Source: Candidatus Saccharimonadota bacterium (GTDB taxonomy: Bacteria; Patescibacteriota; Saccharimonadia; Saccharimonadales; UBA4665). From it: DNA of 32,000 bases. The stretch spans positions 30,001-62,000 of the forward strand of contig CP025011.1 of NCBI GenBank assembly GCA_002952755.1, written 5' to 3'. Positions 1 to 7,360 of the stretch are shown one piece after another. The notes under the pieces were generated by a model. The model did not search any database, was not told the DNA's origin, and saw nothing but the letters and a program-made list of their open reading frames with translations. The first letter of the stretch is position 1, and every line of letters begins with the position of its first letter. The position numbers and the translations under genes are program-made.

Positions 1-1095
1 GAGCGCCGCAATGGTGTCAGCGGTTTCGCCCGATTGCGAGATAGCCAGCAGGGCGGTGCTACGCGAGAATGGTTCGTTGCGATACTTAAATTCGGATGCC
101 AGCTGTACTTCTACCGGAATGCCGGTAATCTCTTCTAGCAAATACTCACCTACCAGGCCGGCGTAGTAAGAGGTGCCGCAGGCGACAATGACGATACGGT
201 CGATATAGCGCAGTTGGTCGGCCACGCTTTCCAGGCCGCCAAGTTTGACTGTCCCCGTACTGGCGTTGCTCCGACCGAGCGAGGCCAGACGGATAGTCTG
301 CGGCGCTTCAAAAATCTCTTTGAGCATAAAATGCGGGAAATCACCCAAATTAGCTTGATTGATGTCGAAATCAAGATGTTCGGTTTCGCGTTGCACCTGT
401 TTGTCGTGAGCAAGATCAACGAGACGATAGCTGCCCTTCTCGATCACCGCCATTTCGTTGTCCTGTACGTATACCACTTCTTTGGTGTGCTGCAGGATGG
501 CTGAAGGGTCGGAAGCGACGATGCATTCGTCCTTGTTCACGCCGATAACCATCGGGCTGCTCAACCGGGCAGCAAACAATTTGTCTGGCGCCATAGTGCT
601 GCACGCCAAAATGGCGTAGGCGCCGCGAATCTCTTTAATGGCACTCACAAATGCTTCTTCAAAGTTGCTGGTTTTTTTGTAGTAGTAATCGATGAGATGG
701 GGGATGGTCTCGGTGTCGGTTTCCGACGCAAAGTGGTAACCCTCTTTGCCGAGCCATTCTCTGAGCTCGACATAATTTTCGATGATGCCGTTATGCACTA
801 CAAAAATTGTCTGGTCGGCATTGCTGTGGGGATGAGCGTTGACGACCGACGGTTTGCCGTGTGTAGCCCAGCGAGTATGGCCGATGGCGAGCGGTGTTTT
901 TTGAAGCGTTGTTTCGTCTATCAGTTTTTGGAGGCCAGCTACACGGCCGAGTTGCTTGAGAAGGGTAGCCTCGCCTGTCTCGTCAAGGAGTGCGATACCA
1001 GCAGAGTCGTATCCACGGTATTCCAACGCCGAGAGACCGGACAGCACAATGTCAGCACCGTTGCGTCTTCCGATATAACCGACAATGCCGCACAT
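1..1095 (-). CDS. glmS: glutamine--fructose-6-phosphate aminotransferase (isomerizing), N-terminal ~365 aa; the 3' end runs off the left window edge
   Basis: I translated the minus strand from the ATG (complement of 1093-1095). It reads MCGIVGYIGRRNGADIVLSGLSALEYRGYDSAGIALL..GHTRWATHG..VVHNGIIENY..LAISQSGETADT, giving a Cys2 class-II amidotransferase domain plus the start of a SIS domain. It is absent from the ORF track because it has no in-window stop. Confidence 0.95.
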   Translation of the reverse strand, partial: MCGIVGYIGRRNGADIVLSGLSALEYRGYDSAGIALLDETGEATLLKQLGRVAGLQKLIDETTLQKTPLAIGHTRWATHGKPSVVNAHPHSNADQTIFVVHNGIIENYVELREWLGKEGYHFASETDTETIPHLIDYYYKKTSNFEEAFVSAIKEIRGAYAILACSTMAPDKLFAARLSSPMVIGVNKDECIVASDPSAILQHTKEVVYVQDNEMAVIEKGSYRLVDLAHDKQVQRETEHLDFDINQANLGDFPHFMLKEIFEAPQTIRLASLGRSNASTGTVKLGGLESVADQLRYIDRIVIVACGTSYYAGLVGEYLLEEITGIPVEVQLASEFKYRNEPFSRSTALLAISQSGETADTIAAL

Positions 1096-1113
1096 ATGTT
1101 TAAAATGTACACT

Positions 1114-2232
1114 TTACTTATTTCTTGTCAATGCCTGGTCGATAAATGATTGCATCTTAGCGGTGAACACTTCGGCGGAAAATTGCTGTGCCTCTTTCAT
1201 AATGGCTTTGGACGAAAATTGATTGGAGTTGAATGACTTTAGGACTTTGATAAGTGATTCTGGCGTTTGTTCGTCAAAGAACAACCCGGTCTTACCAGGC
1301 TGCACGTAATCGAGCGCACCGCCTGCCTTGTAGGCGATGAGCGGATTGCCTGCAGCCATCGCTTCTACCGACGCTATACCGAAATCTTCAAAACTGGCAA
1401 ATAAGGAAGCTTCCGCGCTGCTGAGCGCTGCCGGCATGTCTTCGTCGCTAATCCGATTGCCGTCTACCCGGTTAAAAAACGTGACAGTTGGTCCGGCTAG
1501 TTGCTTGAGGCGGGGAAGGTCGGGTCCGTCGCCAATTACCTTGAGCGGCAAGTGGAGTTTGGTACAGGCCTCGACAATAATATCGACTCGTTTGGCGGTG
1601 GCCATGCGTCCCATTGTCACAAACCCGCGGCGCTTGCCTTGTGGTGCGCTTGAGAAGCGTGCCACATCGATCGGAGGGAATATAATTGTTGCGTCGCGCC
1701 CATAGTATTTTTTGATATCTGCTTGAATGTGGGTGGAATTGGCAATGAAATAATCAGGACGCTGGCTGGCACGCAAGTCCCAGCGCCTGAGTGGCCCGAT
1801 GAGCAGACGAAGTCCGACACGGGCGAGGGGATCAAGCATGCCAAAGCCGGGACGTTTCATGTAGTGGTCATAGTGCCGCCAATAATAATGGGTGGGTGTG
1901 TGACAATAGCAGATATGCATTGTGCCTTTAGGAGTACGAATGCCAAATGCTTCACCGTTACCCGAGCTGCTAATCACCAAGTCATATCCCGAGAAATCCA
2001 AATGGGTAAACCACCAGATACGACCTAGGGCCAAGAATTTACGGAGTTTGCCAACATGCTGCAACCAACCAGTGACAACTTTGCCGTCCAAGCGTTCGCG
2101 CCACTCATCGTTGCAGTAGGAGGTGTAAATAGGGGCATTTGGATACATTTTGTGCAGCGCAAGCACCACCCATTCGGCGCCACCGCCTACGAGCCAGTCA
2201 TGGACAATGGCTACTTTGAGCGGTTTGTCCAT
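1114..2232 (-). CDS. glycosyltransferase family 4 (GT-B fold)
   Basis: The 372-aa ORF has a C-terminal EDFGIASVEAMAAGNPLIAYKAGGALDYV..GKTGLFF motif (E-x7-E) typical of GT4. It lies 18 nt upstream of glmS on the same strand. Confidence 0.85.
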   Translation of the reverse strand: MDKPLKVAIVHDWLVGGGAEWVVLALHKMYPNAPIYTSYCNDEWRERLDGKVVTGWLQHVGKLRKFLALGRIWWFTHLDFSGYDLVISSSGNGEAFGIRTPKGTMHICYCHTPTHYYWRHYDHYMKRPGFGMLDPLARVGLRLLIGPLRRWDLRASQRPDYFIANSTHIQADIKKYYGRDATIIFPPIDVARFSSAPQGKRRGFVTMGRMATAKRVDIIVEACTKLHLPLKVIGDGPDLPRLKQLAGPTVTFFNRVDGNRISDEDMPAALSSAEASLFASFEDFGIASVEAMAAGNPLIAYKAGGALDYVQPGKTGLFFDEQTPESLIKVLKSFNSNQFSSKAIMKEAQQFSAEVFTAKMQSFIDQALTRNK

Positions 2233-2237
2233 GATTG

Positions 2238-3704
2238 CTAAATACCTCGCCCACCCAGCACGGCGCGCACGGTTTTGAGTAAGATGACGAAATCGAGCCA
2301 GATGCTCCAGTTCTGCACATAATATAAATCGAGCTTACGCCGCTCTTCAAAGCTAATATCGCGGCGTCCGGAAACTTGGGCCAGGCCGGTGAGCCCGGTT
2401 TTAACGGACAGAATCAGATTCTTCTTTGGGTGTTTCTCTAGCTCGAACGGGTCGAGCGCGCGTGGACCAACCAGGCTAATGTCGCCTTTTACAATATTGA
2501 ATAGTTGTGGCAATTCATCCAGGCTCGTTTTGCGTAGGAAGTTCCCAAAACGGGAGATGCGGGGGTCATTGTCGATGCGGTCGCCTCCTTTGCGATATGC
2601 GGCGATAAGGTCCTTTCGGCCCATTTTGGCAAAGCCCTCTTCCGGGCTCATGTCGGTATAGGCTTGCTTCATACTGCGGAACTTATAGATCGCTATCGTG
2701 CTACCAAAGCGACCTAAACGTTTCGGTTTGTAGAGGATTGGTGCACCCGGTTCGGCGATCTTCTGAATGAGGGCAATAATAAGCAGGAGCGGGGATGCGA
2801 CAACAAGCGCCAGACTGCCTAGCAACAGATCGGAGAGACGCTTCACAACCCGTCCCCAACCAAATAGGGCGGTTTGATGCACAACAATTACCGGGATACT
2901 ACTGCGGAAGAGTTCGACCTCGATATTACCAACAAACAGCTCGGTGTTGCCGGGTACAAAGCGATAGTTGACATGATTTTCCTGGGCATAGGTAAGAATT
3001 TTGGCATTGCGCGCTTCATCGGCATACAGTTCGGTCTGAATAATGCCATGTAACTCGCCGCTTGCCCGCTCCAGATATTGGTCAAAACTGTGATAGAGCG
3101 GGATGTCCTCGTGCCCACTCAGACTCTTTTTACCACCAACCACGCCCACCACCCGGTAACCCGAACGCTTGCTATCGGCCAGCCAACTTACTAGCTCGTG
3201 GGTCATATTAGTGTTGCCTATAAGCAGGACGCGGGTAAGGCCGGAGTCGTGCAGAAACAGCTCAATCCGTACGAAGCGAGCCAGGTTACGAAACACAACT
3301 AGGAAGATAAAGGCAAATGCAAAGCCATATATAGGCACCAAACGTGCGGGGAAAATCGGCTTGCTAGCCAAAAAATTCCAAAAGATTACAAACATCAGGC
3401 CGATAAACGAACCGATGAATAATCTGCCGAGCTCCTTAAAGCGTTTTTCATAAATGCTGTGATTGTATAAACCAAGCAGCGCAAAAATAAGGATCCAAAA
3501 CGGCAGCACAGCTAAAAAGACGTCGATGTAGGTACGTCCGCTTATTGGGCCAAAGGCTTGTTGGGATATACCTACGCCAGCTTTCACCCGGAGCATATAG
3601 GCGACAACGAAAGCTGCCACCAACGCCAAAAAATCTCCCACTACTAAGCACGCGCTATATATCAGTGAAGCATTATTCTTCATGGAATACTTCGATTGTA
3701 TCAT
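2238..3704 (-). CDS. polyprenyl-phosphate glycosylphosphotransferase (WbaP/EpsB-like bacterial sugar transferase)
   Basis: The 488-aa ORF has multiple N-terminal TM segments. Its C-terminus carries the Bac_transf signature [41 protein letters not shown]. It is separated from the GT4 gene by 5 nt. Confidence 0.85.
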   Translation of the reverse strand: MIQSKYSMKNNASLIYSACLVVGDFLALVAAFVVAYMLRVKAGVGISQQAFGPISGRTYIDVFLAVLPFWILIFALLGLYNHSIYEKRFKELGRLFIGSFIGLMFVIFWNFLASKPIFPARLVPIYGFAFAFIFLVVFRNLARFVRIELFLHDSGLTRVLLIGNTNMTHELVSWLADSKRSGYRVVGVVGGKKSLSGHEDIPLYHSFDQYLERASGELHGIIQTELYADEARNAKILTYAQENHVNYRFVPGNTELFVGNIEVELFRSSIPVIVVHQTALFGWGRVVKRLSDLLLGSLALVVASPLLLIIALIQKIAEPGAPILYKPKRLGRFGSTIAIYKFRSMKQAYTDMSPEEGFAKMGRKDLIAAYRKGGDRIDNDPRISRFGNFLRKTSLDELPQLFNIVKGDISLVGPRALDPFELEKHPKKNLILSVKTGLTGLAQVSGRRDISFEERRKLDLYYVQNWSIWLDFVILLKTVRAVLGGRGI

Positions 3705-3810
3705 TTTGTGCTTGCCTTAAGGGTCTGTCAGCGCAAAGTCCTATCTTTCTAAGGACTGGCCTGGAAGCTGAGTATGTCTGAGGTGTTTAAGGTTAATTTA
3801 AGATACTACT

Positions 3811-3819
3811 TGCTATACT
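3811..3819 (+). promoter_or_regulatory. extended -10 promoter TGcTATACT, 9 nt upstream of the GtrA ATG (leaderless candidate)
   Basis: TGCTATACT lies at 3811-3819. The 8-bp palindrome TGTATACA at 3821-3828 fills the gap to the ATG at 3829. Confidence 0.4.
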
Positions 3820-3828
3820 GTGTATACA

Positions 3829-4275
3829 ATGCGTACTTTTCGCCTACGCGCTACGCGGCATGATGTCGTGCAATTTGCCGAATATTTCATCGGCGGTGCG
3901 AGCTATTTTTGGATAGGGTATATCGTATTCGCCGCCTGCTATAGCGGTTTTGGCTGGAGTTGGCTGCCGGCCAAGATGGTCGCCGACGTAATTGGCTGGA
4001 CAGTTAATTATTTCCTGCAGCGCTACTGGGCATTCAATAATCCGCGTTTGCGGCAACACGAAGGTGCCACAGCCAGCAAGTATGCGCTACTTACTGCGGT
4101 TAATTTTGGACTGGACTATCTCATTATTTGGGGCCTCAAAACTATAGGCATTAGCCCCTACGTTGGATTTTTTATCTCAGCCGGCTTTTTTACGGTTTGG
4201 AACTATATTTGGTATCGATTTTGGGTCTTTATTGCGAGGCAGGGTGGCGCTATTAAGGAGGTGGCAAAACTATGA
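3829..4275 (+). CDS. GtrA-family membrane protein
   Basis: It has four predicted TM helices and a GtrA-like pattern (VVQFAEYFIGG..VNYFLQRYWAFN..WNYIWYRFWVF). The track start is a GTG at 3820, which directly abuts a -10 box at 3814-3819, so the ATG at 3829 is preferred. Confidence 0.7.
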   Translation: MRTFRLRATRHDVVQFAEYFIGGASYFWIGYIVFAACYSGFGWSWLPAKMVADVIGWTVNYFLQRYWAFNNPRLRQHEGATASKYALLTAVNFGLDYLIIWGLKTIGISPYVGFFISAGFFTVWNYIWYRFWVFIARQGGAIKEVAKL

Positions 4276-4727
4276 CAGAGACAATTCGTCCAACAAAAAA
4301 ACAACGGGAGTTGCTGACATTCATCGAGCAATTCATTGGCGAGCACGGCTACAGTCCGAGTTATCGGGAAGTAATGACTGGTCTGAACTATACCTCGGTG
4401 GCAACCGTGGCGCTGCATATCAACAACCTTATCCGGCGAGGCCATATTCGTAAACGTGACCATTCGGCCCGCTCACTCGAAGTCGTCACGCCTACGGAAC
4501 AGCCGAAAGTGGTGAGTAATGTCATTGCTCCTGGCGAAGAAAAATGGCTCGTCGAGAAAGTGGAGCATCTTTTTAGCGAATTGGAGCGCTCTGGTAAAGT
4601 GGTGGTTGATCAACTCGATCATCTATATGTGCTAGTTGGTGCGCTGAAGGTACTCGGCTTGGATGGCGCCGCACAGAGCTTTATTCCGCGTTTGTCGGCT
4701 CTTAAACAGCGTTTGCCCGAAGAATAG
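4272..4727 (+). CDS. winged-helix regulator with a LexA-type N-terminal DNA-binding domain and no S24 peptidase domain
   Basis: The N-terminus TKKQRELLTFIEQFIGEHGYSPSYREVMTGLNYTSVATVALHINNLIRRGHIRK resembles the LexA DNA-binding domain. The remaining ~80 aa look helical and have no Ser/Lys dyad motif. The start overlaps the GtrA stop as ATGA. Confidence 0.6.
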   Translation: MTETIRPTKKQRELLTFIEQFIGEHGYSPSYREVMTGLNYTSVATVALHINNLIRRGHIRKRDHSARSLEVVTPTEQPKVVSNVIAPGEEKWLVEKVEHLFSELERSGKVVVDQLDHLYVLVGALKVLGLDGAAQSFIPRLSALKQRLPEE

Positions 4728-4769
4728 TGTTTGTAGGCAAAACTACACCACGCATATAGTGTCCGTGAT

Positions 4770-4778
4770 TGCTATAGT
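4770..4778 (+). promoter_or_regulatory. extended -10 promoter (TGcTATAGT) for the riboswitch leader
   Basis: TGCTATAGT lies at 4770-4778, about 25 nt upstream of the conserved riboswitch core. Confidence 0.4.
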
Positions 4779-4784
4779 TAAAGA

Positions 4785-4952
4785 TAGTTAACAACCAAAA
4801 ATGCTGGAAGCGAGTGAGAATCTCGCACTGTGCCGCAACGGTAATTCTGTATACAGATAAGTCCGATACAGCAATAAACCATTCGTTCCCGAGCAGGAAA
4901 TGGCTATGCTGTAACCGCATACCTGCTCTTTTCGAACAAGAGCAGGTATTTT
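4785..4952 (+). promoter_or_regulatory. cobalamin riboswitch-like leader (short class) with a terminator/antiterminator expression platform
   Basis: Positions 4806-4844 read GGAAGCGAGTGAGAATCTCGCACTGTGCCGCAACGGTAA. This parallels the conserved Cbl core, for example the E. coli btuB leader GGGAAUCCAGUGCGAAUCUGGAGCUGACGCGCAGCGGUAAGGA. A hairpin TCTGTATACAGA follows at 4846-4857. AAGTCCGATACAGCA at 4859-4873 compares with AAGCCCGAAGACCUGCC. GCTG at 4803-4806 pairs with CAGC at 4869-4872. GAGCAGG at 4891-4897 can pair with CCTGCTC at 4922-4928, which is the 5' arm of the terminator. Confidence 0.7.
4921..4952 (+). terminator. rho-independent terminator forming the riboswitch expression platform
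   Basis: A 10-bp perfect stem (ACCTGCTCTT at 4921-4930 with AAGAGCAGGT at 4938-4947) encloses the loop TTCGAAC and is followed by ATTTT. It ends 3 nt before the ATG at 4955. Confidence 0.7.
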
Positions 4953-4954
4953 AG

Positions 4955-6481
4955 ATGAAAGAAGTTCCTCCCGGACCTGTGTTACCTGAGATTGGAGCAG
5001 ATCAACCGCCTTTTGCTCTATTAGCTCGGGATCTGATAAGCGAACAGGCAGCACAGCTGGCTTATAAGACGCGCTTCATAGGCGCGGCCGCCACATCTGA
5101 GATAGTTGAATGTGACACTCCTGCTGATGTTGAAGGAGGCGTGACGCTTGCCGAGGCATTATCGAGCAGTCTTGAGGGTGACGAAGACGCTACAGGAATT
5201 GTACGTCTCGCGGTAAAGACGGCTGTCTTAGAAGCAGTGTTTAAGGATAAACACATTACTCGAGTAGAGCGTGAACGTAATGAAGTAGGACAGATAGTAC
5301 AATATGGACTTACTTCAGAGCAGATGCACTACAATTCGCTTGTCCTGCGACCGGGTAGGCACGAATTACTCCAAGAGCACACCAAAGCCGAGGCGTTGAA
5401 TGGCTATCGTGAAGAGGAGGCTATGCGTGAGGGACTTCTCAAAGAATATGCGATGGTAGTCTGCTCTGGTGTGGCCCAAGATCTGCCCGAGAAACTGCTT
5501 GACCACCGTGGCGAAGGCTACTTTTTGCATGAGATGACCTATTGCATACAAAGCACCACCGACGAGGGCGACATAATGACCGAGACAGCCTTTATGGCAG
5601 GCACCGATGCTCCTGAAGATGCGACTTTTGATGAGCGAATAGCACAGCGTTTTGATATTGAAGTATTTGGGATGGTCTACGAATGGCTGGGGCTTGAGGC
5701 GCCGAAGACGGTTCTCGAGTTCCTACGGAATCCAGTATTCATTCATAAGAGCTTGATGCCGAATGGTGTTGTAGACTTCGTGCGCTGGTGCAACCAAGCC
5801 AAAGATATCTTGCGGGGTCGAGAGGTTGAGCAACCTATCGAACAATATATCCAAATGCTTGCAAAATCTGCGGAGCGTGAGGCCAGTATGGATGTAACCG
5901 TGGATAAGGTTATGCAGAAGTTGTTCAGCTATGCCGGGACGTTTAAGAATCCGAAAGAGGCCAACGATTTGTTATGGGAGCTAGTTAAGGACTATACCGT
6001 TGAAGCATCTGTTACGAATTTGAATATTAACCTAAACGTATTCGGCCCGCAAGCTCAAGTACGACTCGAGAAGGCTCGAAATTATGCAGCCCAGGGCGAT
6101 TTCGTTAATATGGAACGCTGGCTTATAAGCGGACATCGCTTTGCAGTTGTGAGCGGCTGCGGAGGTGGATCGCCAACCGAAATGCAAGATATGCTCGATG
6201 CGCGCCGTGCTGGGAGTGGCGATACGGACGAAACTTGGCATGGTGGGGAAATACACAAAAACGAGAAATGTAACTCTTGCAAGATTGTCAAACCTGAGGT
6301 AGGGAAATGTCATATATGCTGGGACTGTATGCAGCACCCGGCAATAATGGAGGCTACCTATAAGCGCGAGCAAGCCGAAAAGGGGCGTTCTAAGGGCCTA
6401 GTGGCAATTATCGCAGAGCGCGTTAGTAATCTGGCTATAAAAGCGGAGCCTGGCATAAGTGGTAGTCGGCAAATGTTTTAG
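4955..6481 (+). CDS. hypothetical protein, 508 aa, acidic and soluble, with a C-terminal CxxC-x10-CxxCxxC cluster
   Basis: This is a long ORF with no competing frame and no TM segment. The motifs are VVSGCGGGSP and CNSCKIVKPEVGKCHICWDC (codons 6269-6328). I recognise no family. Confidence 0.6.
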   Translation: MKEVPPGPVLPEIGADQPPFALLARDLISEQAAQLAYKTRFIGAAATSEIVECDTPADVEGGVTLAEALSSSLEGDEDATGIVRLAVKTAVLEAVFKDKHITRVERERNEVGQIVQYGLTSEQMHYNSLVLRPGRHELLQEHTKAEALNGYREEEAMREGLLKEYAMVVCSGVAQDLPEKLLDHRGEGYFLHEMTYCIQSTTDEGDIMTETAFMAGTDAPEDATFDERIAQRFDIEVFGMVYEWLGLEAPKTVLEFLRNPVFIHKSLMPNGVVDFVRWCNQAKDILRGREVEQPIEQYIQMLAKSAEREASMDVTVDKVMQKLFSYAGTFKNPKEANDLLWELVKDYTVEASVTNLNINLNVFGPQAQVRLEKARNYAAQGDFVNMERWLISGHRFAVVSGCGGGSPTEMQDMLDARRAGSGDTDETWHGGEIHKNEKCNSCKIVKPEVGKCHICWDCMQHPAIMEATYKREQAEKGRSKGLVAIIAERVSNLAIKAEPGISGSRQMF

Positions 6482-6511
6482 TTGACAAGCATAAGCTTGG
6501 GCTGATATCAT
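6482..6511 (+). promoter_or_regulatory. candidate sigma70-type promoter with no downstream CDS
   Basis: TTGACA (6482-6487), an 18-nt spacer and TATCAT (6506-6511) begin 1 nt after the stop of the 508-aa gene. The promoter points into the 880-bp non-coding region. Confidence 0.4.
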
Positions 6512-6760
6512 TTCCGTTACTTCTGTGGGTGACCACTGAAAGACAAACATGTGTGAATAAAAAACAAAAATAAAGCAAGTATAGTGTTGGCTTTTGAGAG
6601 ACCGCCTTTTACTGCTTTTAGGGAGACAAAACATGTCCGTCAAAATAAAAATTGTACCTTCCAGGCCAGCCCGGGTGCCAGTTACCGTGCGGCGGCCGTC
6701 CTGGCGCGAGTTTCTAAACTACTAACTTCGTCTCATCCAACTGTTTATAAAGACCTACTC

Positions 6761-7010
6761 TCGTATCCTCACTCTCCTCAATAATTCCCAACCGTGGCCC
6801 GCGATCTCTATACGTCACTTTTTGTCCCGCAAAAAGGAACCAAAAACTCCCCAAGGCAAACGTAAAACACTACTGGAAAATACCCCGCACAGCATCTTCG
6901 CTGCGGAACTCGCCCTTGATTGGGCTCAAACAGTCCTCGCTCTTAATCGGCTGCGCTCTGGCATTTTCGAATCAGTTTTACTACAGGCCCCGAACCCCGT
7001 CGGAGATGGA
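6761..7010. repeat. left arm of a ~560-bp imperfect palindrome
   Basis: The arm is collinear with the reverse complement of 7067-7320. Block matches are 6774-6787 vs 7287-7300 (13/14), 6826-6847 vs 7224-7247, 6901-6914 vs 7154-7167 (14/14), 6923-6939 vs 7134-7150 (17/17) and 6973-6995 vs 7079-7100. It contains the hairpin CTTTTTG-tcccg-CAAAAAG at 6818-6836. Confidence 0.8.
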
Positions 7011-7066
7011 ATGCTAGAAACTAAAGTCCTTGAGTGTTTACTGAGCAAGCTTCAATCGCAGGATTA

Positions 7067-7320
7067 GATATCCGAGTAGTTCGGCCGTAATGGAAAACCG
7101 ATTAGCTGCAGGGCATTCCTGATCGGATACAGCCGAGGACTGTTTGAGCCGAAGGCGAGTTCCGCAGGCTCGTTCAGGAATGCCCTGCAGCTAGTAGGCT
7201 TTTTCATTTCCCCAGGCCGAGAGGTTTTTCGGTTCCTTTTTTGTGGGAAAAAAGGAACATTGAAGAGATTGCAATTCGCGGCCACAGAATTACTGAGGAG
7301 ATCTGGTATACAGGATCGTT
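7067..7320. repeat. right arm of the ~560-bp imperfect palindrome
   Basis: See the left arm for the block matches. This arm contains the hairpin GTTCCTTTTTT-gtggg-AAAAAAGGAAC (7232-7258, 11 bp perfect) and the long hairpin at 7105-7191. Confidence 0.8.
7105..7191. repeat. long hairpin E3: 18-bp perfect stem around a 51-nt loop
   Basis: GCTGCAGGGCATTCCTGA (7105-7122) pairs with TCAGGAATGCCCTGCAGC (7174-7191). The loop TCGGATACAGCCGAGGACTGTTTGAGCCGAAGGCGAGTTCCGCAGGCTCGT loosely resembles the E1/E2 core in layout. The left-arm counterpart has a degenerate stem. Confidence 0.75.
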
Positions 7321-7360
7321 CATGACTTTTGGAGTCAAGGTGGGAGGACAAGGACGGAAG

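Noticed and set aside
1096-1113. A glmS ribozyme upstream of glmS.
   Set aside because: Only 18 nt separate glmS from the upstream GT4 stop codon. There is no room for the ~170-nt ribozyme, so glmS is simply co-transcribed.
150-1149. Track ORFs 150-419(-), 214-504(+), 416-604(-) and 697-1149(+).
   Set aside because: All overlap the glmS reading frame, which translates cleanly from 1095 to the window edge. These are alternative-frame artefacts.
7105-7204. Hairpin E3 as a bidirectional rho-independent terminator.
   Set aside because: T-runs occur 7-9 nt away on both strands, but a 51-nt loop and that spacing are atypical. It is kept only as a repeat/hairpin feature.
6584-7351. ORFs 6584-6784(+), 6822-7067(+) and 7064-7351(-) as small proteins.
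   Set aside because: The latter two derive from the two palindrome arms, but frameshifting indels make them read the conserved nucleotide blocks in different frames. They use TTG starts, have no SD, and their sequence is low-complexity.
6482-7360. tmRNA, RNase P RNA, SRP RNA or 6S RNA in the large non-coding region.
   Set aside because: I could find no tRNA-like T-arm/acceptor (GGTTCGA..CCA), no GAGGAAAGTCC RNase P motif and no GGAAGCAGCC SRP motif on either strand. This cannot be fully excluded without cmscan.
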